Source: an uncultured Armatimonadia bacterium
Lineage (GTDB): Bacteria > Armatimonadota > Zipacnadia > CAVVLO01
Assembly: GCA_963749155.1 (NCBI GenBank)
Contig: CAVVLO010000003.1
Coordinates: 128,001-192,000 of the forward strand
Reading direction: 5' to 3'
DNA: 64,000 bases
The first letter of the stretch is position 1. Every line of letters starts with the position of its first letter. The notes beneath the pieces are model-generated. The model worked only from the letters and a program-made list of their open reading frames with translations. It searched no databases and had not been told where the DNA came from. Below, piece by piece: positions 11,713-20,408 of the stretch. Made by a program: the position numbers and the translations under genes.

Positions 11713-11828
11713 CGCTCTGTTGCGGTCTAGCTACCTCCTCCCTAACCCCCACCCTCCCGGGGGTGCAAGCAGCGTGCCAGAACCTGGCCAGGAAGGCGCT
11801 CCAGACAAAAGATTTTCGAAAGGTTTAC
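11713..11828 (-). repeat. Dispersed sigma54-promoter/G-tract element, copy 1
   Basis: Aligns with copy 2 (18381-18497) over ~115 bp; core TGGCACGCTGCTTGCACCCCCGGGAGGGTGGGGGTTAGGGA. Confidence 0.9.
11764..11779 (-). promoter_or_regulatory. sigma54 -24/-12 promoter facing gene 10930-11616
   Basis: TGGCACGCTGCTTGCA matches TGGCACG-N4-TTGCW with GG-N10-GC spacing. Confidence 0.75.
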
Positions 11829-11850
11829 ACGGTGGAAACCCGCTTCACCT

Positions 11851-12451
11851 CTAACCCGGGGTTTCGCGCTCCTCGGATCTTGCCCCAGTCAGCAGCTCCC
11901 CACTAGTGAAGGCCAACTGGCTGCCCACCACTGCTGGCACGAGCCAAGGCTGAGCGAGCGCGAGGATGACCACGGGCAGCGCCACGGCTCCGTAACAGCA
12001 GGAAGTAGTGAAGTGCGCCTCCCCACTCGGTTCCGGACGCATACCTCGGGCAACGCAAGACCGTCAGGGCGAACCAGGCCAGGTAACTGTAAAACGCTAT
12101 CATCAACCAGAGTGAGTAACTGAGCCGCGCCACGTAAAGTAGCAGGCCCCCAGCCACCGCAAGCGCCAGTATCCAGAGATAGGCAACCGCCGCGCGGCGC
12201 AACTCGCCTGGGTCCGCCCGGTCCCGCAGCCCGAACGCAGCAGCGCAGAGGCCGGCAAGCAGGAGGAACACAAAGGTCACGGCGAGAGAGGCTAGTTCCA
12301 GCGGGAGACTTAGCTCCGCGTGAAGAATAACGGCCACGAGCAACCCCGCCAGTCCCACCACCAGCAGCAGCACTTCCAGTGCATAGGCAAGCCCTCGCAC
12401 TAGCCACCGGTGCTCGCTTTCGGACTGCTCCCCAGACTCAGGCTCTGCCAC
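11851..12451 (-). CDS. Hypothetical multi-pass membrane protein, frameshift near 12000-12040
   Basis: ORF 11903-12451 is hydrophobic; the hydrophobic tail continues in ORF 11851-12042; GGAGG RBS. Confidence 0.6.
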
Positions 12452-12473
12452 GGCAGATCGACCTCCGCTCCCC

Positions 12474-13590
12474 TCAGTACCTCCCGTGCTCTTCGACCAG
12501 CTTCGTAATCAGCTCGCACTTGTGCGGCTGACCGTCGGGAGGCATCTGGTCGCACACTCCAATTATCAGTTTAGCACCTTCCATCAGGTGTTCGAGACAT
12601 TCCATCACGATTTTTTCAACCGCGGAGTCCGGATAAAGATTGCTGAAGTAGGCGCCAGGCACGCCCGTCCACAGGATTACATCCGGCCCGGCCATTGCGC
12701 GCATCTCGCTTGGGGCGACATCTCCCACCGGGTAAGGTGTCAGCGACTGGGCGCACTCGATGCCTCCCAGATGGAAAAGCTCCAGCACGCCGCGCATCGT
12801 CCCATCAATATGCACGAACCCATGCTTGCCCGGCCTCGTGGATCTGCTTGCCGCGCTTTTGGTGGAAGGGGATGTAAAACTCCTTGTACAGCTTCGGACT
12901 CACGACCTCGGAGGTGATGTTCTCCCCGAAGTAGACCATCGGCGCCGGGGAGCCGCAGACGATTGGGTAGATCTTCTCGTCCAGCTCGTCCAGCGCTTCG
13001 ACCGTCCGCCAGACCTCGTCCGGATCGTCCGCGAGGGCATAAGTAGTGTTCATAACGCCCATCCAGATGACTATCAGATTGGCCAGGGGGATGCGCGGCG
13101 GGATGCTGCTCGCGATGCCCTGCTCTCCCCACAGCTCGATCTGGCGCTCCTGATGGATATAGTTCGGTTTCACCTGGGTATGCCGGGCGAGAAACTGCAA
13201 AGTCCGCAGGTCGGCTGCATCTTTGACAGGATAATCAAGGTAAGCCCAGGTGTAGCCCATCGGCTCATACTGCTGCACCTGATGCAGAGTGCCGACAGGG
13301 GTGATCCACTCGGTGTGAGCGATCTGCCGGTCGCCCTTCTGCTCCTGCCAGCCCTTCACCTGGATCTCGTCGGTGTCATACCACTGCTCCCAGGGCTGGG
13401 CCAGCACATGCTCGTGCGCTCCGACGCCGAGGTCTTTGTAAAGCTGCACGACGCCCTCGCCCATATATTTCTCGGGCATCTGGCCGGACTGCGCCATCGC
13501 GTTATACCAGTAAGTCAGATCGCCAAACCAGGGCACCACATCAGGCGTGCGCCCCTCGAAAACGGCGGTTATGCGTTCTTTGGGTGTCAT
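12474..13590 (-). CDS. URO-D/MtaA-CmuA family protein, frameshift near 12820
   Basis: MTPKERITAVFEGRTPDVVPW; ORFs 12805-13635 and 12474-12815 join at HIDGTMRG; CDQMPPD. Confidence 0.85.
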
Positions 13591-13603
13591 TTTGAGCTCC
13601 TTC

Positions 13604-14623
13604 CTAGTCAGCGCGCCAGGCGCGTCCAGCGGCAATCATCGCTTCGAGATTGGCAATAGGGGTCTCGGCTGGCAGGTCGCAGCCCGTGCTAAGTACAAAA
13701 TTGGGATAAGGCGCCATCTTGGCGAGGAGAGCCTCTGTCTCCGCCGTCACAGCCTCGGGCCTGCCGCGCAGTATCGTCCCCGTCGGTGACAGATTGCCAA
13801 CGATAAGCACACCCTCTCCGGCCTGGTCGGCTGCCTCGGCCAAATCCAGTCCAGTCTCGGGAGAATCAAGGCTCAGCGCGTCCGCGCCTGTGGCCACCAT
13901 AGATTTGATGAGGTGAGTGGTGTTGCCGCAGATATGCAGCACCGCCGCCGCCTCGCGAGAATGCACCAGGTCTGTCAGCCTGGCGCACCACTTGCCTGAA
14001 AAGCCTTCGAACTGGCGCGGCCCCAGCATTACAGCGCTCGGTTCGAGCAGGCAGATGACCTCAGCGCCCGCCTCGAGCAGCGCCTGGGCGAAGAGGGCCA
14101 GCTTGCTCGTAGCCAGCTCGCACAGTTCCTCCATCCGCTCAGGCTCTTCCAGCGTCAGCAAGGCGGCTTCCTCAGCGCCAACCAGCAAGCCAACAAGCGA
14201 GAAGGGGCCGATCATATACGCCCCGCAGAGGACAGACTTGGGCAGCAGTCCACTCATCCGCCTGACCGCTTCCAGGTACGCCATCACGCGGCCATCCTGC
14301 AGCAGCTCAACGCCGGCGATGCGCTCAAGTTCACCCGGCTTCAAGGCAGAATGGCGCACTGCGCCGACATCATCAACAGGATAAACTGTAAGCTTGCCCA
14401 GCGCATTGGCCTCCAGCGTCAGGTCCATCAGCGGGAAGAGGAGATCAATATCCAGCCTCTCCACAAGCGCCCGCAGCACTTTCTCATGCTCGACAGCGTT
14501 TTGCTGCGCCAGTTTCATCGTCGTATCTACAAGTTGAAGGCCAGGAGCCCCGGCCAGCGGCACGATGAGTCTGCGCCCCTCAGCTAGTGCTTGCTCCTGC
14601 GCCTTTGGCAAGGCCTTGCTCAT
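13604..14623 (-). CDS. URO-D/MtaA-CmuA family methyltransferase-like protein
   Basis: DLTLEANALG, GPFSL, LHICGNT, GNLSP, FVLSTGCDLP (HxC...C metal ligands typical of MtaA/CmuA). Confidence 0.9.
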   Translation of the reverse strand: MSKALPKAQEQALAEGRRLIVPLAGAPGLQLVDTTMKLAQQNAVEHEKVLRALVERLDIDLLFPLMDLTLEANALGKLTVYPVDDVGAVRHSALKPGELERIAGVELLQDGRVMAYLEAVRRMSGLLPKSVLCGAYMIGPFSLVGLLVGAEEAALLTLEEPERMEELCELATSKLALFAQALLEAGAEVICLLEPSAVMLGPRQFEGFSGKWCARLTDLVHSREAAAVLHICGNTTHLIKSMVATGADALSLDSPETGLDLAEAADQAGEGVLIVGNLSPTGTILRGRPEAVTAETEALLAKMAPYPNFVLSTGCDLPAETPIANLEAMIAAGRAWRAD

Positions 14624-14635
14624 CTGAAAAGCTCC

Positions 14636-16114
14636 TTATAACTCTGCAACTTGCAGAAAGGTCTTGTACGCCTCATCAAAGGCCCCGGTATCTTCAGGTG
14701 TATACGTTTCCAGGCCAAAGGAATCCCGGATGACTTCGCGAGCCTCACTGAGGCCGGCCAACTCGCCCGTCGCGATGGCCTGCATCAGGATATTTCCGAG
14801 TGCCGTCGCCTCGTAAGGCCCGACGATGACCGGCACGCCGCAGGCATTGGCCGTGAACTGCGAGAGCAGCCTGTTCTGCCCACCGCCACCGACGATATGG
14901 ATAGTGTCCAGCTTGCCGCCGCGTATCTCCTGCAGCTTCTCGAAGGTCCACTTGTACTTCAGAGCGAGACTCTCGAGCGCCACGCGCACCAGTTCGCCCT
15001 TGCTGGTCGGCACCTGCTGGCCGCTTTCCTGGCAGAACTGCGCGATACGGGCCGGCATATCGCCAGGCTTCAGGAAAAGCTCGGCGTCCGGATCAATGAC
15101 CGCGAGGAAAGGCTTCGCCTCGGAGGCCATCCGGGTAATGGTGACATAGTCCAGCACCTCGCCCTCGCGCTCCCAGGTGCGGCGACACTCCTGGATCAGC
15201 CACAGGCCCATAACATTTTTGAGGAAACGGAAGGTCCCGTCCACACCGCCCTCGTTGGTGAAGTTGTACTTCAGCGCTGCCTCGGTCACCAGCGGCTCCT
15301 TCACCTCAAGGCCTGGCAGCGACCAGGTGCCGCTGCTGATGTAAGCATGGTTGGTGCCCCGCGCAGGCACTGCGGCTACGGCCGAGCCCGTGTCATGCGT
15401 CGCAGGCGCGATAACGGGCACAGCGCCCAGGTTGGTCTGCTCCTGCATCGAGGGATGCAGCGGCCCAAGCAGCGTGCCGGGCGGGACGATCTCGCCCAGG
15501 AACCCGCTCGGGATGCCCAGCTTGTCGAGCAGCTCCGTCGCCCAGCGCCCCTCGCGCGGGTTGTAGAACTGCGTCGTCGTCGCGTCCGAGAACTCATTGG
15601 CCTTTACGCCCGTCAGCCAGAAGTTGAAAAGGTCGGGTATCATCAGAAGTCGCTTGGCATTGTCCAATAAGGAGCTCTGCTGCTTCACCATCGCAGCAAG
15701 CTGGAACAGCGTATTGAGCTGCATAAACTGGATGCCCGTCTGGTTGAAGATCTCCTCGCGCGGAACGAGGTCAAACACATAGTCCAGCATCCCGTCGGTG
15801 CGCGCATCGCGATAGTGCCAGGGGTTCGAGAGCAGCACATCGTCCTTGTCCAGCAGGCCGAAGTCCACCCCCCAGGTGTCGATACCTATGCCTTTCAGCT
15901 CTTCGACCTCGGCGGCGGCCATCCGGAGGCCGTTGCGTATCTCGCCGAAGAAGCCAAGCACGTCCCAGTGCATTCCGGTGGGCAGTATGGTACCGCCGGT
16001 TGGGAACCTGTGGATCTCGCGCAGCGAGACCTTGCCTCCGGTGAGTTCGCCGATTACCGCGCGACCACTTTCAGCACCGAAATCAAAAGCCAGATAGGTA
16101 GCGGATTTCGCCAT
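14636..16114 (-). CDS. rhaB: Rhamnulokinase (FGGY carbohydrate kinase)
   Basis: YLAFDFGAESGR, IGIDTWGVDFGL, HDTGSAV, ISSGTWSL, FTNEGG, FLKNVMGLW, EATALGN. Confidence 0.9.
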   Translation of the reverse strand: MAKSATYLAFDFGAESGRAVIGELTGGKVSLREIHRFPTGGTILPTGMHWDVLGFFGEIRNGLRMAAAEVEELKGIGIDTWGVDFGLLDKDDVLLSNPWHYRDARTDGMLDYVFDLVPREEIFNQTGIQFMQLNTLFQLAAMVKQQSSLLDNAKRLLMIPDLFNFWLTGVKANEFSDATTTQFYNPREGRWATELLDKLGIPSGFLGEIVPPGTLLGPLHPSMQEQTNLGAVPVIAPATHDTGSAVAAVPARGTNHAYISSGTWSLPGLEVKEPLVTEAALKYNFTNEGGVDGTFRFLKNVMGLWLIQECRRTWEREGEVLDYVTITRMASEAKPFLAVIDPDAELFLKPGDMPARIAQFCQESGQQVPTSKGELVRVALESLALKYKWTFEKLQEIRGGKLDTIHIVGGGGQNRLLSQFTANACGVPVIVGPYEATALGNILMQAIATGELAGLSEAREVIRDSFGLETYTPEDTGAFDEAYKTFLQVAEL

Positions 16115-16370
16115 CCAGATCACCTCAACGAGACCTTGATAGGGCGGCGCAAAGCCCTCTTGGGAAGAGGCTTGCGTCGGGGCTAGCAACCCTTTCGGGC
16201 CGCAGGATACCTGCCTGGAAGCCACTTGGCAATAGAAAAAGGACAAGCGCCTGCGATGCATACAAAAGTTCTGTCAAAGTGACGCGCTTCCTCCTAGTCC
16301 AGGGCAGGAACCGCCTTCCCTTCAGCGAACCTGCGGCAAGTCAGAAATTAGCAGTCAGGAGGCGCGTCCA

Positions 16371-17384
16371 ATGCGCAACGCCACAATCGTTTTTCCCGCC
16401 AAGGGAGAAGTCATACTTGAAGATCGTCCCATACCCGCCGTCGCAGAAGGCATGCTGCTTGTAAGGACCTTGAAGACCCTAATCAGCACGGGCACCGAGA
16501 GCATCTGTTTTCTATCGAAGTTTACTCCTGACACCCACTGGGCCAACTGGGTGAAATATCCCTTCCAGCCTGGCTATTCTCAAGTGGGCATCGTTGAAGA
16601 AATCGGCGCCGGTGTGACTGGCTTTGAGGTTGGCGAGCTTGTCGCGACCGAGACCCAGCATCAGGCCTGGGCCAATATCTGGCCGCCCTCGGCTATCAAG
16701 GTGCCTGAGGGAGTAACGCCGACTGACGCGACCTGGCATTCACTGGGACGCATCGCACAGGTGGGCGTAAGGAAAGCCGACCACGAGTTAGGCGATGCCG
16801 TGGTGATTATCGGGCTTGGGCTGCTTGGCCAGCTTGTCACCCAGTATGTGCGACTGATGGGCGCGCGGCAGGTCATCGCGATAGACACTTCGGATTTCCG
16901 CCTCGAGCTTGCCAAAGAGCATGGCGCCACCCACTGCCTGCTGATGCCTGTGCAGGACGCGAAAGACACCGTATTGGAACTCACCGGTGGCCGCGGCGTG
17001 GATGTGGCCTACGACATCACGGGCGCCTGGCAAGTGCTGCCCCACGCGCTGCCCCTGGTCTGCAGGCATGGCAAGGTGCTGATACTCGGAGACACGGGCC
17101 ATCCAGAGAAACAAGTGCTGACTGGTGATGTCGTCTGTCGCGGCGTGAGCATCATCGGCGCTCATGCTGTGCTGCCCAGTTTCGAAGTTACAGACAAGGA
17201 ATACTGGAGCCGCGGCAACATCGAGAGCCTCTTCCTGGAGTATATCCGACGCGGCGATATGGTTGTCGAAGACCTGGTTACGCATATCTTCTCGCCTGCC
17301 GACTGCGCGGAAGCCTATGGCGCGCTCGAAGAGCAACGCGAGACGATGATGGGCGTTGTTTTCGACTGGGAAGCTGACCTCTAA
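16371..17384 (+). CDS. Zinc-binding/MDR family dehydrogenase
   Basis: ISTGTE, PGYSQVG, GLGLLG Rossmann motif; AGGAGG RBS. Confidence 0.9.
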   Translation: MRNATIVFPAKGEVILEDRPIPAVAEGMLLVRTLKTLISTGTESICFLSKFTPDTHWANWVKYPFQPGYSQVGIVEEIGAGVTGFEVGELVATETQHQAWANIWPPSAIKVPEGVTPTDATWHSLGRIAQVGVRKADHELGDAVVIIGLGLLGQLVTQYVRLMGARQVIAIDTSDFRLELAKEHGATHCLLMPVQDAKDTVLELTGGRGVDVAYDITGAWQVLPHALPLVCRHGKVLILGDTGHPEKQVLTGDVVCRGVSIIGAHAVLPSFEVTDKEYWSRGNIESLFLEYIRRGDMVVEDLVTHIFSPADCAEAYGALEEQRETMMGVVFDWEADL

Positions 17385-18253
17385 TCAGCTTTTGGTTTTA
17401 GTCGCGCGTCAAGCCATTCGACAATTACCTCAGTTGGGGTGGGCATGCCAGGCGTAGTGAGCTGGCCATGACCTGCCCCTTCATAGGTTACGAGTTTGGC
17501 TTCAACTTTGGCGGCTTCGAGCCTCGCAAGCAAATCAACTGACTGCTGGTAAGGCACCAACTTGTCCGCGGTGCCGTGCAGAATCAGCACGGGCGGGTCG
17601 GCTTCATCTACCCATAATATCGGAGAGGCTTGTGTGAGGCCTTGCATGACTTGCTCCTCAGGGGTGCCTGCGGGGAAGAAACCGAGTATCTCGGGCCTTT
17701 GGGCAATAGAGCGCAAGTCGGTCGGGCCAAAGAGGGAGACCACTGCTTTGATGCCCAGATTGCTGGCCTTCCAGACCTGCGAGTCCCCGGTATCGGCCAT
17801 ATCGGACAGGCCTGTCATAAGCGCCAGATGCCCTCCGGCGGAGCTTCCCATCACAGCCAGGCGATCGGGATCGAGTTTGGCGCGAGTCGGAAGCTGGGCG
17901 CGCGCGAACTTCACTGCCTGGAGGCAATCGTAGAGGTTCGCGGGCCAGATCATATTGGGCGTCAGGCGATACTGGATGCTTATAACAACGTAGCCGGACT
18001 GCTTCAGTTGGGCCCAGGCGCAGGGGCTTTTATCGCCGTTGCGCCAGCCGCCCCCGTGGATGAAGAGGACTCCTGGGAAGGGCCCCTCTCCCTCGGGGAT
18101 ATAAACATCGAGCCTCAAGGGAGGCTCGGTATAGTCGGCGAATACTAGATCCGACAGGTCGGGCTGGATCGGGGCAGGCCTGGCAATTTGTGCCTGAAGA
18201 GCCAGGGCTGAGCAAGCCAGCAAGAGTAAAACAAGCGGTAGGATTTTTTGCAT
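17381..18253 (-). CDS. Secreted alpha/beta hydrolase (BD-FAE/HSL-type esterase)
   Basis: Signal peptide MQKILPLVLLL; HGGGW, GSSAGG, HGTADKLV, GAGHG. Confidence 0.9.
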   Translation of the reverse strand: MQKILPLVLLLLACSALALQAQIARPAPIQPDLSDLVFADYTEPPLRLDVYIPEGEGPFPGVLFIHGGGWRNGDKSPCAWAQLKQSGYVVISIQYRLTPNMIWPANLYDCLQAVKFARAQLPTRAKLDPDRLAVMGSSAGGHLALMTGLSDMADTGDSQVWKASNLGIKAVVSLFGPTDLRSIAQRPEILGFFPAGTPEEQVMQGLTQASPILWVDEADPPVLILHGTADKLVPYQQSVDLLARLEAAKVEAKLVTYEGAGHGQLTTPGMPTPTEVIVEWLDARLKPKAD

Positions 18254-18380
18254 TGGTAAAGCACCCCCCTTGGGGAGATAGACGCCCAGAAGTGGCGAGC
18301 TGTTCACCTGGACTGTTAAGAGATTTGGGAGTGATACTCTGGCAACACTTCAGAGCAACGGTGTCACAAGCCTGCAACCG

Positions 18381-18497
18381 CGCTCTGTTGCACTTCTAGT
18401 TTCACCATCCCTAACCCCCACCCTCCCGGGGGTGCAAGAAGCGTGCCAGAAGCGGGGCAAAAGGAGAGCCAGGATGAAAGGTTTACGGAAGGTTTAC
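18381..18497 (-). repeat. Dispersed sigma54-promoter/G-tract element, copy 2
   Basis: TGGCACGCTTCTTGCACCCCCGGGAGGGTGGGGGTTAGGGATGGTGAAACTAG on the minus strand. Confidence 0.9.
18433..18448 (-). promoter_or_regulatory. sigma54 -24/-12 promoter facing the esterase gene
   Basis: TGGCACGCTTCTTGCA, consensus match. Confidence 0.75.
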
Positions 18498-18560
18498 GTT
18501 TTAGATACGCAAAAGGCCAACGCCAACGGGGACCAGTCTGTAGAGAGTTGCAGCCTTCGA

Positions 18561-19913
18561 GTGCTTCCTCTCCCCTCGATTTGGGCTTTGACGCTTGCGT
18601 GCCTGGTAACAGTGATTTCCCTTCCTCCTTCGCCTTCCCCGCCTCGGAGCGGCCTTTTGCCCCTTGTCTTGCGGATTTTCTGGCAACTGTCTACGCCCCG
18701 CCAGACCAGTTCGACGCGGACCTCGGCAATGGGATGATCCGGCTCTGGCTTTCGAGTGCGACTGGAGCACCGTCGAGCCGCAGCGGGGCGAGTGGCATTT
18801 CGAGGCGATGGACAAAGTGGTTCTCGCCCTGCACGAGCGCGGTATGCAGGTCGTGCCCCTGCTTGCTTACACCGCCGGATGGGCCTCCAGCGCGCCCGAT
18901 GGCAACGGCAACGCTCCCCCGCGCGAGGTTGCAGACTGGGAGAACTACGTCGAGAAGATGGTCGCTCGTTATTCACGCCCGCCCTTCAACGTGAAGTACT
19001 TCCAGCTCTGGAACGAGCCCAAGTGGAGTGTCGATACTGGCTTCTGGACTGGCACAGGCCCCGAGTGGGTGGATATGATTTTCATCCCAGGGGCACGTAT
19101 CATCCGCAAATATGGCTGCAAGACCGTCTTCGGCGGTTGGCCTTGCAACCAGCCGCAGGACCTCGACACCGCTCTCGAATACAACGACTGCTGGCGCTGG
19201 GTGGATATTATCGACGTCCACTATTTCCCCGTCGACATCTTTCAGGATATGTGGGACAAATACCTCTCTACTGGGCGTTGCGAGGGGCTTTGGCAGACCG
19301 AGATCGGCTGGCTTACTTTCCCGAACTACCTGCCCAACTGCTATCTGCGCGCGCTCTACTGGGCGCTTGGACACGGCTGGGAGGAGGGTTCGGACAGGTA
19401 CAAGCTGTTCTGGTTCGCTTGCTGGGGAGCTGGACCGGATGGGCCAGCCAGCCTTACTCAACCAGGGGAAGGCGGCAATGTCCTCTCCCAGCATGGGCTG
19501 CGGCAGAAGGTTCTGAACGAAGTGCTCGGGGGCGAGCAGCTTGCCAGGTATGACGATTACACTACCAGCCTCAATCTGCAAGCCGAACTTACCGAGGAGA
19601 AACCCACCGGACTCGGCTTCCAGGTAGGAGAAGCGCGTCGAGTGGTGGCGCTGCTCCTCACGCCCGACTTGCTGAAAGCTAACGCCTCAGTGGTCGTTAC
19701 TCTGGGAAGTCTCTCCAGACAGCCTGCCTAGCGTACGCCTTCTGGATGTACTGGGGAATCCCCTGACGGTTGACTCCTCCTGGGCTGATGGGAAGCTGAC
19801 CTGCACCTTCCCAACCGACCAACTGAAAGCCCGAGACTGCCCGAAACTATGGCGTGGACTTCCCCATCGCGCCGGCTTATCTGGTGGTGGATTGCGCCAA
19901 TCCTGAGCCCTGA
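18561..19913 (+). CDS. Clan GH-A glycoside hydrolase (GH5/GH39-like), frameshifts at both ends; boundaries approximate
   Basis: DWSTVEPQRGEWHF, FQLWNEP (acid/base), LWQTEIG (nucleophile); coding continues past 19731 in shifted frames to ...FPIAPAYLVVDCANPEP*. Confidence 0.75.
19859..19893 (+). repeat. 35-bp direct repeat, copy 1 (partner 20147-20181)
   Basis: CTTCCCCATCGCGCCGGCTTATCT is identical for 24 bp; 3 mismatches over 35 bp. Confidence 0.9.
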
Positions 19914-19974
19914 GACTGGACTCTCAAACAAATCTTGGCCAGTTTTCCGCAGGTTAAGCGCCTATTTCACCTTG

Positions 19975-20029
19975 CTGGCACGCTTCTTGCTTACCCCGGG
20001 TGGGTGGGGGCTAGGGATGGTGTAACTAG
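19975..20029 (+). repeat. Dispersed sigma54-promoter/G-tract element, copy 3 (promoter 19976-19991)
   Basis: CTGGCACGCTTCTTGCTTACCCCGGGTGGGTGGGGGCTAGGGATGGTGTAACTAG; inverted relative to copy 2. Confidence 0.9.
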
Positions 20030-20146
20030 CGCGAACCGCGTAACTGGAGTGTTACCGGGTTTTTAGGAAAAGGCTGCAACCTGTGGAATTGCTACCAGCA
20101 CCTTCAGCTGAATAAAGGAAAAGTCGCTCTCGACTCCGCAACCGTT

Positions 20147-20181
20147 CTTCCCCATCGCGCCGGCTTATCTACTGGTGGAAT
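20147..20181 (+). repeat. 35-bp direct repeat, copy 2
   Basis: See 19859-19893; reads FPIAPAYLLVE in the equivalent frame. Confidence 0.9.
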
Positions 20182-20227
20182 TAAAAATGCAGAAAAATAA
20201 TCCTTCGTCCGGCTAAAAACCACTAAC

Positions 20228-20253
20228 AGGTACGAAGATTGCATATGTATAAT
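20228..20253 (+). promoter_or_regulatory. sigma54-like promoter AGGTACGAAGATTGCA with adjacent TATAAT
   Basis: GG 20229-20230, N10, GC 20241-20242; TATAAT at 20248-20253. Confidence 0.55.
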
Positions 20254-20395
20254 AAGTGTGAGAGATTCAGGATTCGCGTTTAGGTGGAGTATTGCTGGGG
20301 TAGATATAAGTTAGGTCGCAACCTGCACGCTGGCTCTTGGCTTTGTCTCCACCCGAAAAGGGGCGCTGTCAACTTCGACAGCGTCCCTTTTTCTT
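20254..20395 (+). ncRNA. Candidate sigma54-dependent small RNA (~140 nt)
   Basis: No credible ORF between promoter and terminator; long imperfect hairpin GGTGGAG(20283-89)/CTCCACC(20347-53) with apical TAGGT-CGCA-ACCTG. Confidence 0.5.
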
Positions 20396-20396
20396 T
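20356..20396. terminator. Bidirectional intrinsic terminator
   Basis: AAAAGGGGCGCTGTC-AACTTC-GACAGCGTCCCTTTTTCTTT; lies between the candidate sRNA (+) and the GH95 stop (-). Confidence 0.85.
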
Positions 20397-20408
20397 GAGC
20401 CAGTCGGC

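Noticed and set aside
16145..16226. c-di-GMP-I or SAM riboswitch
   Set aside because: A GAAA hairpin and GACGCAAG are present, but the conserved GGCAAAC element and the P1/P3 arrangement are missing; SAM-I core motifs are absent.
11713..20181. CRISPR array or IS/MITE terminal repeats
   Set aside because: The repeats are dispersed, not regularly spaced with spacers. There is no cas or transposase gene, and single copies have no terminal inverted repeats.
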